The translations under genes were made by a program, and so were the position numbers. From positions 2,418,001-2,482,000 of the forward strand of contig MU053881.1 in assembly GCA_013239625.1 (NCBI GenBank): DNA of 64,000 bases. The letters run 5' to 3'. The stretch is from Lama guanicoe (lineage: Eukaryota). Below, piece after piece: positions 25,201 to 37,293 of the stretch (position 1 is its first letter; each line of letters begins with the position of its first letter). The notes beneath the pieces are model-generated. The model was not told the DNA's origin, did not search any database, and saw only the letters and a list, made by a program, of their open reading frames with translations.

Positions 25201-28200
25201 ACGCAATACTTGTGGGAAGCACTGGCCTGAATGAGGAGGTGGCTTGGGCCAGATGCTTCTGGCAAGATGCCCCAGGCCCCACGTGCCTCTCCAGGGCTGA
25301 AGAATCAGTACCTCTGTCCTGGAGCCCACTCAAAGCTCCTCCGTGTGCTGTGCTGTGGCCCCTGCATGGGCCCTGGGGGGAGTGAGGGAGGCCCCTGGAG
25401 GGGGGGCTGTGTTGATGCTGGGGGCTGAGATGAGAAGAGTGGGGATTGGCAGAGCAGGGGAGCTTGGCCTAGATCTGGACAGAGCTGAGGATGTTGGGGT
25501 GTAGGATGGGGAGCGTAGCTGGCAGGGCCAGGGATACCCAGTTCTGCAAGGCAAGGGAGGTACAGTGTGTGGAAGCCAGAGCTCGTCTGGGGGTTTGATG
25601 CCCAGCCCAGCAGTAGTCAGAGCCAGGGAGGAGCACCCCACCTGCCAACTGATCCACCCAGCGATGTGTGGAGATGCAGGTGTTTCCTAAGGGCCCCTGG
25701 GCTCGGGGTTCAGACTTTACCTGCTGGCACAGGGGAGCTGCAGAAGGCTTTTGAGTGGGTTCCATCCTGGGCACCAGGGGCATTAGTGTAAGTGAAGGAG
25801 GCATAGGAGGGGGCTGAGTAGGGGTGAGTCCTGCACTGGTCCAGGTGAAAAGGTGAGAGAGAAAGGGCTGGTGGTGGGAGGGGACAAAGGAGGAGAGGGA
25901 CACGAGCAAAGTCACAAGTAGGGCTGAGCTGGAGGACTCGGTGACAGATTAGACATGAAGCGTGAAGGAGAAGGTTAGAGCCGAGGGAGGCTCTAAGGTT
26001 TCCAGCTCCGGGCTGAGGAATAGTGGGAGGGGGAATGACAGGGCCCCTGGGAGGAGGGGGCTACAGGAGAGGGGTGGCCTGGGAGGAGCAGGCCCCGCAT
26101 GCGTGGCTGTGGATACCTGCTTCTGTAGCCAAGCCCAGCTTTGGGGCCTTCACCTGGAGAGGTCCCCCCTCCCCCCACCCCAGCTGAGGGCAGTTCCTGT
26201 CTTGAGACTGCATGGCTTGGGTTGGCAGATCTGGGGCCCAGAGCAGCACTAGGCAGGAGGGAGGGATGTGACACAGTGGGGTCCTGGCCCCTGGCTGAGG
26301 CCACAGCTGGCTGCTCCTATGAACCAGGCCAGTGCCTCTTGGCTGGGAGTTTGGTCCCTGGATCAGTGCCAATCCCCAGGCTCCTAAGGGCCTCCCAACA
26401 CAGGCAGGTCAGCCAGAGGACCAGCCCTCTCCTGGGAGTGCCTTCGGGGGGTCCCAAAGCCCAGACCCCCATCCCAAGGCAGGATGAGTGACAGCAGGAT
26501 ATCTCAGCCTAGAAGAGTTGACATCCTCCTTGGAACCAACTGCTCCAGCCTGGGGGCGAGGGATGGAAAGAGGGGCCCAGGACCAGCCCTGAGGATGGGA
26601 GGAGGGGCCTGAGGCAGCAGCCACCGAGTCAGGATGGGCAAAGCCACGGCTTAGTGCCCCTCAGCCCCACCTTGCAGGAGCTCCAGCTCCCCGTGGGCCC
26701 CTCCCCCTCAGGAGGGCAGGGATCTGAGACCAGGAGGCCGACAGGTGTGTGTGGCCCACGGGGCAGGGGGGCAGGGGGGCAGGGGGGCAGGTGCCAGCTG
26801 GGTAACTAGGTATGAATGAGAAAACCTGGATGTGCGGGCACTGAGAGGGCCCACCCCGGTGAGTGTGCCTGAGGGACAGGCTTTTGTGTGATATCAAAAG
26901 ACAGAGGGTGGGCACTTGGCCTGGGGAGCGGGAGGCTTCGGTTGTGCTGGCCCCCGACGCCCCCTGCCGCCTGGCTGGCCGTCCCTCCTTCAGCCACTCA
27001 CAGACACATTTTTCACTTGCTGCTGTTGCCAAGGAGCTGAATGGGCAGTGCGGGAGGAGCTGGGGTCAGCGCAGGGCCAGCCTGCTGGGTACATGTACCC
27101 AGAGCCTGTGGGGAACGGCAGTAAGGGACCCTAGATGAAAAGAAGGGCCTCCTGCCCTTCAGCAGCCCCTCACATAGACCTGAGACTGAATGCCCAGAGG
27201 CAGGTTCTGCTCCAAGGCAGCCCTGCGGCACTGGTGCCCACCCGCCAGCTCCCTGGGAAACGTTATAGGAGGCCCCAACAGGTGCCCCACGACTCAGGGA
27301 TGCGGTCCCCTGACTCTATGGCCTCCTGAGGAGTCCAGGCAGCACCCCCTGGGCTGCGGCACCCTGAATCCCCATCACAGGGCACCGTCTTATCAACACG
27401 AGCTCACCTGTGCAACTGCTCACAACCGGCACACACGTGCAGCAGGCCAGCCGTCACACACACTCATCTGGCCACACGCATACCCAGGCTGCACAGACCG
27501 CCAGCCTCCCTCCCCTCAGCATCGCCAGGGCACACATGCCCACCCACAGCCCTCACACGTGCTCACGTGGGCAACGTGCAGATATGACCACACAGCCCTC
27601 TGGCACACATCCGACTCAGTAAACATCTCCTGGGCACCTTCTGGGTATCTAGTGACACCTCTCCTGGGTGAGGAGCATGAACACCCCCAGCTCACCATGG
27701 TCAGTGGTGCAACCCGCAGCCCCTGAGTGATGCACACACACACTCCTAGCTCGCACGTGTGTGCAAGATGGACACATACCCAGGGGCAGTGCAGCCTCCC
27801 AGCTCAGTCAAGATGAGGAGGGGAGGTCATGGGGCAGAAAGGTTTGTTAAAGTGAGGACTTGCGGGGGTGGGGCGGTGATGGGATGATGGAGAAGGGAGA
27901 GAGACTGGATGGGATGGGGTGGAGGGAGGACTGAGGTGGGTAGGATGGGAACGGCGGCCAGGCAGTGGTGGGTGCAGGATGTGCTACGCAGAGACCCTTG
28001 AAGGAAACAGCCATCAGCCTCAATCATCGGGTTGGTTTCTGAGCTTTCATTCATTCATCTCCAGTCTGTCTGGCTTTGCATCTCAGGAACCCCAGCGTTC
28101 CCTTCTGATACCTCTGGAATTAACAATGGCCTGGCCAGGCTCACCCTCCAGGGTCTCAGGGCAGCAAGAATCAAGATTACTAGGCCAAGCTCCATGCCCC

Positions 28201-29138
28201 GCTTCACCACACAAATAACCCCCTCCCATGCACACAGAAGCTCAGCTCTGCTAAGTGCATGGAGGGCGGTCAGAGATCAGGGAGGCCCAGCGTCTCAGTC
28301 AGCCTAGGTGGAAGCTCAGGGAGAACAGACAAAGGATGCACAGGGGAACTACCCCCCACCCCCAACCCAGGAGATGGGCTGAGGGCTGAGTAATGGGGCA
28401 GGTGAGGGTGGCCAAAGGGACACGAAGGGAGGGAGAAGGGCTGTGTAGCGAGAAAGAAGGGGGGAAGCGGTAATGTATCTACCGAGCACAACTCTGGCCC
28501 CCCAAGCACCAGGGAATCCGGGAGCCCCAGCTAGGGCCAGGGGCCGCGGAGCTGACTGTACGGGCTGCAAGGGCTGGGGGCTGGTGTAAGCGCCTCCACG
28601 CCTGAGTGTGTGCGTGTGCGAGCCTGTGTGGTGGGGACAGAGGAGGACACTGTGTTCCCGACGTGGGCAGAGGCCAGGTGCCAAGCTGGGAATTGTGAGT
28701 AGCTGTTTGGGGCAGATGCTGCTGGGAAGAGGTATCTTAAACCCCCTCCTCAATTTCCTAAGCACTGGGATGTGGTCCAAATCCACTGTTCTGCCAACCG
28801 TCCAAGTCAGACTCCCTGGGGCTTTGATCTAAATCCCACGACCCTGCTCTGGGGCAGGGCAACCAGCGAACTTCCCCCGCCTGGAGACGTGGGGCGTCTA
28901 CACTCGCCAGCCCCACGCGCTGACAGCTGCTCCTGGACTTGGCAGAACCCAGGCTTCCGGGGAAGTGCGCGGGGAAGCTGCGCAGCAGCGAGAGGCGGCC
29001 CCCGCGTCCCGCCTCGCAAAGTTTGGCCTCCGGGGGCTCCCAGCCGGGTCAGGCAGCGTGGGTCAGGGACCCCCAGAGCAGAGAGCGTTCGTGCCCACGG
29101 TCACCCTCAAGCCTCCCCAAAGCGCGCGCGTGACTCAC

Positions 29139-29208
29139 CCGAGCTGTGGAGCCAGGCGGCAAGGACTATACCCAGGAGCGCTGGCCACAGGCCGGGCCGG
29201 ACGGCCAT
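29139..29208 (-). CDS. UNC5A: UNC5A (netrin receptor UNC5A) coding exon 1, signal peptide
   Basis: Minus strand GCGGCC-ATG-G (strong Kozak) reads MAVRPGLWPALLGIVLAAWLHSS+G, matching the recalled human UNC5A N-terminus MAVRPGLWPALLGIVLAAWLRGSG. The exon is 70 nt (phase 1), is followed by the donor GTGAGT (29138-29133), and lies in a CpG island. Confidence 0.96.
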
Positions 29209-29264
29209 GGCCGCGGGCTGGCGGGCGGGCCGGGCGCGGGGCCCCGCGGACCACAGGGCGGCTT

Positions 29265-29312
29265 TCAGCTCCTCAGCCCAGAGCCCCAGCCCCGGGGGCC
29301 CCCGGGGCCCAT
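29265..29312 (-). other. Upstream ORF (15 aa, MGPGGPRGWGSGLRS*) in the presumed UNC5A 5' UTR
   Basis: GCTGGC-ATG-G at 29312, out of frame with the main ATG. The stop ends 56 nt before the main ATG. Confidence 0.65.
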
Positions 29313-30864
29313 GCCAGCGGACTGCGCTGCCTCCGGGCGGCCGGCTGCGGGGCGCACGCGGCGCGTGGCTCCCCTGGGCACCGGGAGCGCAGCAATGCAG
29401 CCGGGGCGGAGCGCAGCGCCAGCCGCGCCGCGCACCAAGCCAGCCGCCGCGCGGAGCCCGCAGCCGGGGAGCGGGCCGGCGGGCGCCGCAAAACCCGGAC
29501 TGGAGCAGCGGAGCGGGACGGCGGCAGGGCGGGGCGGGGGAAGAAAGGAGGGGCCCGGCCGCTCCACGCGGCGCGCTCGGGCCACCCCCAGCTCCGGGGA
29601 TCCCTCCTGGCGATGCCCGAGGCTCCCCCAGGGAGGGGCTGGGGTGGTAGGCGGGGAGGCCTCCCACCGCCCCGCGCGATCTCCAGGGACTGGGCCAGGA
29701 ATCTGAAACCCGGAGTGGATCGGTTCTGCGGATCCGGGCTCTCCTGGGCCCTCCAGCTTGCGCACAGGTGGCCCGGGAGGGGCCCAGGGCTGCGGCGACC
29801 CCGGCGCGGCGGCAGGCTGCAGAGAGCCGCCCGGGACAGGGGTGCCCGGGGCAGGTTCTGCTGCAGTCCTCTACCCACACCCTACCCCACTCCCCGCCTC
29901 CCGGCAGCGCTCGGAAGCTGTCAGCGTGCCGCGGTATGCCACCCTGCTCGTGGCTTGGATAGGGGACTGCAGGAGAGTGCCCGGGCCATGGCTTGTGCGC
30001 AGAGGTACCCGGGTAGACCAGATTAAAGGCCACCCGCAATCCCAGGCACGTAGCCTGACGGCCCTCTCAGTGACCCAAGGTTTCTTTAACCTCGCGGCCC
30101 TGCTCGCCTTGGGAAAACAACCCTAGGACGCAGCGCAACCCACAGGGCGCGCGGTATTTGCGCCCCGAGCGCGCACCGCGCCTGAGACGTGGGCGTGAAG
30201 GAACAAGCCGGGATTTTGGAGCTAGAGAGATCTGGGGTAGGGTCTAGACGCCTCTGCCTTCTAGCTCTTTGACCTTGGGCAAGTCACTTCGTCTCCCGGA
30301 GCCGCTAGCAACGACTGCTTCTGGAGTCTTCTGTTCCCCACCCCCATTCCCTAATCGGGTTAAAATAAACAGAGGGTTGCCTTGAAGGAGAAAGGAAATG
30401 ACAAACGTGCACCATGTGCACGGGAGAGTGGTTAGAAAAAGAGAGGGTCCTACTATGGGTCGGGAGGAGGGTGAGAAGGGTGAAGGTAGGGTGGCAACCT
30501 AAAACGCCTACAGGGGCCAGTCGATAATATAAATTGATGCTGCGCACTGCACGCTGGGCGGGCGATACAAGAATGGTCTTCGCTTCCACAAAGAGATATG
30601 AGCTCTCCTATGTTTCTTGAAACACGAGGCCCTCTCTCGGTCTGTCTTTTGTTTCCCACTTTTGATAGAGAAGGGTTGTGAGAAATGTTTTGCTTTCCTC
30701 TTAACTCTGCTGTGAAAAACATCAGCCAATGTCCAAATACCTATCTACAGAAGCTGGGCTTCAGCGCCAAAGAGACAATGGCAGCTCTGGGGACTGGGCA
30801 CAGGGTTCCATCCACAGGGACAGCTGGTTCTTCTCTTTCAGGTACCAGTTTGGGAGGGTGGGTA

Positions 30865-30981
30865 TTTTTGGGGGGGAGGCGATTAGGTTTATTTTTATTT
30901 ATTTGTTTAACGGTACAGGGTATGAACCCAGGACCTCGTGCATGCTAAGCACACACTCTACCACTGAGCTATCCTCTCCCC
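30865..30981 (-). mobile_element. tRNA-derived SINE (vic-1-like)
   Basis: Reverse complement reads GGGGAGAGGATAGCTCAGTGGTAGAG...GCATGCACGAGGTCCTGGGTTCA, with an AAATAAACCTAAT tail. Confidence 0.88.
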
Positions 30982-31191
30982 ACTCCAAATTTTCAATAGA
31001 AGCCACTGTATGTGAAAATTTCTGATGTAAAATTTTTACCTAAAATTAAAAAAATTTTTTTTTAACTTCATGTGAGCCCAGATGAAAATGTCCACAAATA
31101 TCCACTAGCTCTGAGAATCGCTTGTGTGTACTTTGTGCTTTGGGCGTTTGGGTGTGTACACTGTATTAGAGGGCCCTGATCTACCCAACTG

Positions 31192-31194
<3 letters not shown>

Positions 31195-31232
<38 letters not shown>
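31195..31232. repeat. (TG)n microsatellite
   Basis: Directly visible. Confidence 0.97.
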
Positions 31233-31234
<2 letters not shown>

Positions 31235-31814
31235 GAGGGGGAGCAGTGTGTGCCTAGGCAGCTTCCTCTGACTCTCTGCCCCATTCCATTCCCAGGAGAG
31301 AGGTGGGTGAGAGAGGTGAAACAGTAGCAGCACCTGTATTTGGGGACCCCAGTATGGGGGCAATGATTAGGAACTGGGATTTGGGCACTGGAGGGAAGTA
31401 GCTGAAAATGAAAGACTGGGATTGGGGGCTGGGGTATAAGATGATATAGTGGTATGTGCTGGACTCTGCTATGTCTGCCAAAGTTTATAATTTGGTTTGA
31501 TCCTCACATGCAGTCCTGTTAAACATTATTACCCCCATTATACAGATGAGGTAACTGAGGCTTGGGTAAGGAAAATGCCTTACGCCCAGGGCCAGCCTTT
31601 TTCAGTGATTGCAGGGCTAGCTGAGATGACTGTGCAAGCTTTCCTGTCAATGTCCATGCGCCTTATCTTTCCTCCTGCAGGCTTGACTCTGGGATTAGAT
31701 CTTAGGAATGAGGTTTGGAGTCCAGGAAAGGAAAGGGTCCCCTTCTCTGTTCAGTTTGGTTTCTCTTTTCACTTCCCTGGCTCTCTCTCTTCAGCTGGAA
31801 TAAGACGGTTTGTG

Positions 31815-32180
31815 TAGCAGGCGGGATAGATGAGGTTATGTTGTGGTAACAGTCCCCAGATCTCTGTGGCTTAAATCAACAAAGGTTTATTTCTCATTTT
31901 ATCCATCATGAATCTACTACTCCAACTTATCTTCACTCGAGGACCCAGGCTGACAAAGTGGCCACTCTCAGGAATGCTGTTGGCCAGTGAGAGAGAGGAA
32001 ACAAGAGCTCTGGAGGTATACCCACCAGCCATTGATGGCTCAGCCCAGAAATGACACGTGTTATTTCCACTCACAATTCACTGACCCAAACTGGCCCCAT
32101 GGCCCCATACAAGAGGGCCAGAAAGTGCATTCCTACCACGTGCCTGGAAGGAGCAGCTGAAATACGTGGAAAGCAGCATT
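31815..32180 (-). mobile_element. MLT1J-like LTR
   Basis: GGTTATGTTGTGGTAACA...GTGGCTTAAA...AAAGGTTTATTTCTC...GACCCAGGCTGAC. Confidence 0.75.
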
Positions 32181-32838
32181 AGTGCTAACCGCAGCCTCCA
32201 AGCCCAGCATGAGCTGCCCCCTGCCTATCTGCACTCCTCCTAGGCCCTGGCCGTGGTGGCATTCCTTCTGTTTCTCTGGCATCCTGGCTCATCCCCACCT
32301 CCAGGCCTTCCTGTTTGTTTTTCTGTCCCCAGATCTGTTCACATGGGTGGTTCCTTTTAGTCACTCAGGTCAGCTGTCCCCTTCCAAGTGGTAGTCAGGG
32401 CCATGTCAGGAAAAGGAGCAGCAGTACCCTTGTGGAGACAGGGAAGCAGGTGTCTCAGCTGAATTCCAGTTAAGAATGCAGGTTGTAGGGCTGCCAGGAA
32501 GGGCTTGTCTCAGACCCAAAGGTAGATGGCCAGAGAGGAGGGCTCCTGACATCCCCAATCTCTTTTGCTCTTGAGTCCCAGACTCGAAGGCGAGGAGGAG
32601 TCAGACCCTGCCTGGGGAGGGGGGACCCTCCTGCAAGCGTCCGTAGCCCCCTTGCGATATCCCAGTGTCAGGACATGGGTTTTGCCTCTGATTGCTCTGC
32701 TGGCCAGAAATGTCTCCTTTCAAGGGAGCAGAAATTCTGCCCCTCACTGGGTTCACCATCTGGGCCACACCAAGCATGTGCCCCCCATCTCTTCTGTTGT
32801 ATCCAAAGACTTTTTTTAAACTTCAGAATACAAAGTCT

Positions 32839-32948
32839 GGGGGTGGGTAATAGCTCAGGGGTAGAATGCATGTTTAGCATGCACGAGGTCCATGGTTCGA
32901 GCCCCAGTACCACCATTAAAAAATTATGCAAAAAAAATAGATTGGAAC
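32839..32948 (+). mobile_element. tRNA-derived SINE (vic-1-like)
   Basis: A/B boxes, A-rich tail, TSD AGAA(T/C)ACAAAGTCT (32825-38 / 32949-62). Confidence 0.88.
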
Positions 32949-33259
32949 AGAACACAAAGTCTGGGTCTACCATGGATTTTCTCCCTCCAGGTCAAACAGT
33001 TCTGCTGTTGTCAGCACTCTCAACACACTAGTTCCCTGCTGCAGGTGCTCTCCAGCAGGACTGCTCCTTTGAAAGCACCTCCTTAAGGGAGGAAGTTGGC
33101 ACATCTCCTGCCCACATGGCCTTGTGAACTGCATGAGCAAGGATTCGGTCAGCTGTTGGTCAGTGACATCGTGTTGTTAATGCCCTCCCAACTGGGGGGC
33201 CTCAGAGCTCGTGGTGAGGCCACAGCTGACATGGAGATATGCCAGAAGCCCCTGTGATA

Positions 33260-33430
33260 ATGATTAAAATGCAGACTCCAGGCCCTGACTTATCCTGATT
33301 TTGATTCACTATGTCTGGGGAGGTGTCTAGGAACCTGTGCTTTCACCAAGCCCTCCCCACAAATCCCCTACAGCCATTTTTACTGATGCCAGTGGCTTGA
33401 AGACTCCACTTTGAGGAATGCTGCCCTAGG
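33260..33430. mobile_element. MER5-like hAT element
   Basis: TAAAATGCAGACTCCAGGCCC...GAACCTGTGCTTT...CCACTTTGAGGAATGCTG. Confidence 0.6.
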
Positions 33431-33999
33431 TCTTAGCCATGGGTGCTGCCAACAACTGGATGTTATTCATCTACCCTGGTCACTGGCTTTCTGAATTTAA
33501 ACGCAGAGACTTCAATTCACCCCAATTTTATTCCTTTGTATTACACCTAACCTTCTTTCCCCACGTGGAGCCTCTCAGGATGTGGGAGGCTGTTAGGCAG
33601 GGGACTCGCTGTTTTCTTCAGCTTCCTATCATTCCCAGATACATACTTTCATACTTTCAGTCAAGTCTTTACTAAACAGGTGGCTGGGATCAGTACCAAG
33701 GACAGATCCCACTGGCTTCCTCACTCTACATTACCTTGCAAGTTCCATGGGGAAATAAGACAGATTCTCTTTCATTCACTTGGGAAGCCTCCAATCACAT
33801 CACTCTACCCTTCAGCTCACACATCACTGCTGTACCCACAAAATAAATGGAAATTCCCTGTAGAGCCCCAGACACATGAGTCTCCTGCTTTGCCCTGATC
33901 TACCAGGCCAATAATCCAATCAAGCAGGAAATTAGTTTGGCAGGAAGGCCTTGTTCTTGGTGACCCAAAATTGGCTCTTGATGGTCCCTGCCCTGATCC

Positions 34000-34550
34000 C
34001 AGCATTCTTATATGTCCACTGCTCAGCCTCCAGTTCCTGTCTTCTGGAAGCAGCATCTTTCCATCTTTCCTTTTGAGGGATTACCTCTTCCCATCATCAG
34101 TGCATGAGATTCTTGTGGGGCTACCCCACCCCAGTTCCAGAGGATGGCACATGCTTTGGGACACACAACATTCACTGTTCCCTGAATCACATGATTCTTT
34201 CAAGAATGCACATATGACCAAAGCCAAGCCGCTGAGGCTCACTTATAGGACTTTTGTTGGAACTAAGGAGAGAAAGAATTTATTTTTTTGCTGGGCTTGG
34301 AGGAGGAAAAGGGTGCTCTTAGGGCTGCCATTATGGGAGGAGCCCATTCTTGTGATCGAAGCTGGACAGAGAAGAGCAGAGCCTGGAGAAGAGAGAGGGG
34401 CTATGTCCTGGTTCTTCATTTAAGCCCCTTGGATCCAGCTGTTCCTGAAGCTGGTTTTTCACCCCTGGTTTTTCAGTTATATGAGCCTTTTTTGTTGTTT
34501 TAAGCTTATTTTGGGTTTCTGTCATTTTCACTTGAAAGAATGGTACAGAA
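34000..34550 (+). mobile_element. Old MLT1 LTR
   Basis: GGATCCAGCTGTTCCTGAAGC, TTTCAGTTATATGAGCC, GGGTTTCTGTCA. Confidence 0.65.
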
Positions 34551-34853
34551 CCATCCTTTATAAAAATCTGCTCTAGAGCCTTGCCTAAGATAAAGCAAGT
34601 GCTTATTAATGCCTAGTGTTTGCAAGGCTCAGTGCTACCCACTGGGGGAAGCTGCAGCCTGTGGGAGAAGACATAGATGTCCTCCTAGTTCTAAGTTGGG
34701 GTGGAAGTAGAGCTGCATTATAAGACAAGTGAAGAATGTGTAAGGTTTAAGAGGGGAGAGAACTAAAAACACACCCCTTCACAGGACCCCCAGCAATACC
34801 TGGACCAGTCCCTCCACACGCAGGGCCCTAACAGTCACCTATGCCCCGAATCC

Positions 34854-34887
<34 letters not shown>
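34854..34887. repeat. (CA)n microsatellite
   Basis: Directly visible. Confidence 0.97.
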
Positions 34888-34892
<5 letters not shown>

Positions 34893-35194
34893 CCAGCCCC
34901 CACTCAGTGTCTGCTCCTAGCACAAATGCACTTTCCACTCCCAACTCACACAGATGCACACAATCAATAATATAATCAGTCAGTACTGAATCAATATTGG
35001 ACCCAGTTAATGAAAACACGTAAGTTCCATGTATGTATGTACGTATACATAAAAACACTTCCAGATACCCCCACTCCTTTCTTGCACAGACTGTTTTCAT
35101 GCCCATTCTCCATGCAGCCCCAAGCTACTGAGAATTTTGTGCCCGGCCCTATCCTGTGGCCGCAACGCAGGAAGTGAGATTCCATCTTGAACTC

Positions 35195-35215
35195 TCCAGG
35201 ACCAAGGACAGCTCC
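35195..35215 (+). promoter_or_regulatory. RE1/NRSE (REST) motif upstream of UNC5A
   Basis: TCCAGGACCAAGGACAGCTCC, 17/21 match to consensus with the GGACAG core intact. Confidence 0.65.
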
Positions 35216-35229
35216 TAGCATTTGTTGAA

Positions 35230-35420
35230 ACTCATGCCCAGCACAGGACTAAGCTCCTTACCTGGTCTCTTTCAATTCTCACAACCCCTTAAGAAGTAGA
35301 CACCATTATTGCCCCCATTATGTAGATACAAAAACTGAGGCACAGAGAGGGGATGTAACTTGCCTAAAGCCACTCAGCTTGTAAGGGATGGGACAAGGAT
35401 TTAAACCCAGATGCTGCTCC
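35230..35420 (-). mobile_element. MIR SINE
   Basis: AAACTGAGGCACAGAGAGG...GGATTTAAACCCAG. Confidence 0.75.
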
Positions 35421-36849
35421 AGACATGTTTGCTGAGTGATTGAAAGAACATTCAGTCTAACAAACGGTTTTATTAGAGACATGTGGTCCTTTGATATATG
35501 TGCTACCCACCCTTCCACATGAACACACTCAGAAACACACACCCAAAGAAACACACACATCCAGAAACAACCATTCCAGCTCCATGAGCTCCATGGCATA
35601 TCAGACTCGGAGGTTTCCCTGGCTACACAGCTCCGATTTCTAGCGTCCCCACTGGGCACTTTCAGGCAGGTTTGGAGGTGAGGTGTTCCCTGCTGAGGGG
35701 CCTGTGTGAAAAGGAGGGGGCAGGGAATCATCAGCAAGGGGCAGGAGTTGCTGAGCAGGAGGAGGAGGATGGGATTGGACCGAGTGGAAACCTGGCACCA
35801 TGCCCTCTACAGATGACCTGATGAGCATTTTGCAGAGTTAATTTCATTAGCGTCTCTGGGAGATGAACAATTAGCAAGATGCTCTGATGCCTTTAAAAGC
35901 TTAAGAGAGGGAGAAGGATGCCTTTCTGGCTCCCCCACCAGACCACAGTGTCCATCCCTTCCTGCTTTTTCTCTATGCCCCCTCCATCTCCATCTCCCAT
36001 CCACTCTTATCCCATTTTCCCCTCCCCTGCCATCATGCCCTCATAGAATCACTTATACCCCCCACCCCACTCCACCCATCCCGCTCCTCAGCCACCACGA
36101 TGGCCCCACCCTCCCTCTTCCAGGCTTCCATCTGCCCCTCGGCAGCCCCAGGCTGGACCACTGCCCACAGAGCATCAATCGGTCCCCTGTGTTCTGATCG
36201 CTCAGATACTCAGGGCTAGGGCTTGGCACTGGTCCAGTCCTGCAAAGAGGCAGAGCTTTCCTTTGGCACCCACAAAGGGCAGGGCCAGGTAGGGGATCTG
36301 TATTTTTCATTGATTTTGCTACCAGGTCTTTGGCAACTCCCAGACAGGATTCCAGCCCCTGACAAGTTGGAGCTCCCATTCCAGTCCCCGGGCTGGTCTG
36401 GTGGGCAGGGCCGAGGGAGCTTCTGCTGCTTCTCCCGGTGCCCAGCACACCGAGTGCCTGGACCTGTGGGGAAGCTGGGGCTTCCTGAAGGGAGGCCCAG
36501 GTCAGTGTGGCTCTACCGAACAGATGCAAAATGGCCCTCAAGACACGGGTCAGTGTTTGTCTCAGTCTCCAGCTACATAGCCCTGGTGTTGGGGACATTC
36601 TCTTCACTGTGCCTTCCCCAAGTCCCGGTCAGTGGGAGGGGTTCTGGTCCAGCAACTAGACTTCCCCCAGCCTCTTTGGAGAGCCCTGGGTCAGCTCTGA
36701 TACAGCAAGGCTGTAAGGGCCAGGGCCCCAGCCTTTGTGGGTTGAGATTCCAAGTTCTCTAGGACTAAGTGGGGGCTCCAGTCAGACTCTCTCCCCTCTG
36801 TCCAGGTGGTCCCTGATGGTTCTAAGCTCCCTTCCACCCCAGACCTCTC

Positions 36850-37000
36850 CCTCAGTCAGAGCATCAGAGTATCTGGGAGCTTGTAAAATCCAGATTTCTC
36901 AGACTCCTTCCCAGACCTACTATGGGATCTCTGGGCAGAGCCCAGGGATCTGCATTTAAGAGGTTTCCAGCTGGGCCCTCTAGACTGCGAACCATGGCAC
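36850..37000. mobile_element. MER5A-like hAT element
   Basis: CATCAGAGTATCTGGGAGCTTGTAAAA...CCCAGACCTACT...ATCTGCATTTAA. Confidence 0.65.
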
Positions 37001-37056
37001 ACAATGTTGGGGGGAGGGGTCACAGGACCCCGGAAACAAAAACTCTTGCTCTATGT

Positions 37057-37293
37057 CATGAATTCTCAATAGGAGCTGTATTGCCCCAAGGGGGTGGGAA
37101 TTGGTTCTTTGAGGGTGGAATTAGGTGAAAAAAATCTGACTCTTTCTCTGCATAAGGCACAGATCTACATACAGTGCATAAACTGGTAGACAGCATATCG
37201 GTGGCTTGACAATTTCAAAGAGGGCTGTTAGGGAAAAAAATGTGTGCTAGGCTCCTTGTGGGGGCAACAGTGAAAAGCAGGCTGAAAATCACG
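37057..37293 (-). mobile_element. MER112-like hAT element
   Basis: CATGAATTCTCAA...GCCCCAAGGGGG...TTGGTTCTT...GCACAGAT...TTAGGGAAAAAAATGT matches the recalled consensus in reverse. Confidence 0.75.

Larger units (their letters stand above)
1..29138 (-). other. UNC5A: UNC5A intron 1 (continues beyond window start)
   Basis: Begins at the GTGAGT donor. I found no sequence encoding the expected exon 2 peptide (AQQSATVANPVPG...) in the window. Confidence 0.85.
28860..30200 (-). promoter_or_regulatory. UNC5A: CpG-island promoter and 5' UTR of UNC5A
   Basis: Very GC- and CpG-dense stretch around exon 1, with GC boxes (e.g. GGGGCGGGG at ~29531-29539) and no obvious TATA box. Confidence 0.9.

Noticed and set aside
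28772..30039. Long ORFs (292, 353, 310, 201 aa) over the CpG island, including an open frame extending N-terminally from the UNC5A ATG
   Set aside because: Stop-poor GC-rich DNA gives A/G/P/R-rich ORFs in several frames. Only the 70-nt exon has a recognisable peptide, Kozak context and splice donor.
30600..30720. Similarity to 61150-61270 suggesting a segmental duplication
   Set aside because: Short and diverged, and better explained as two copies of an ancient interspersed repeat.
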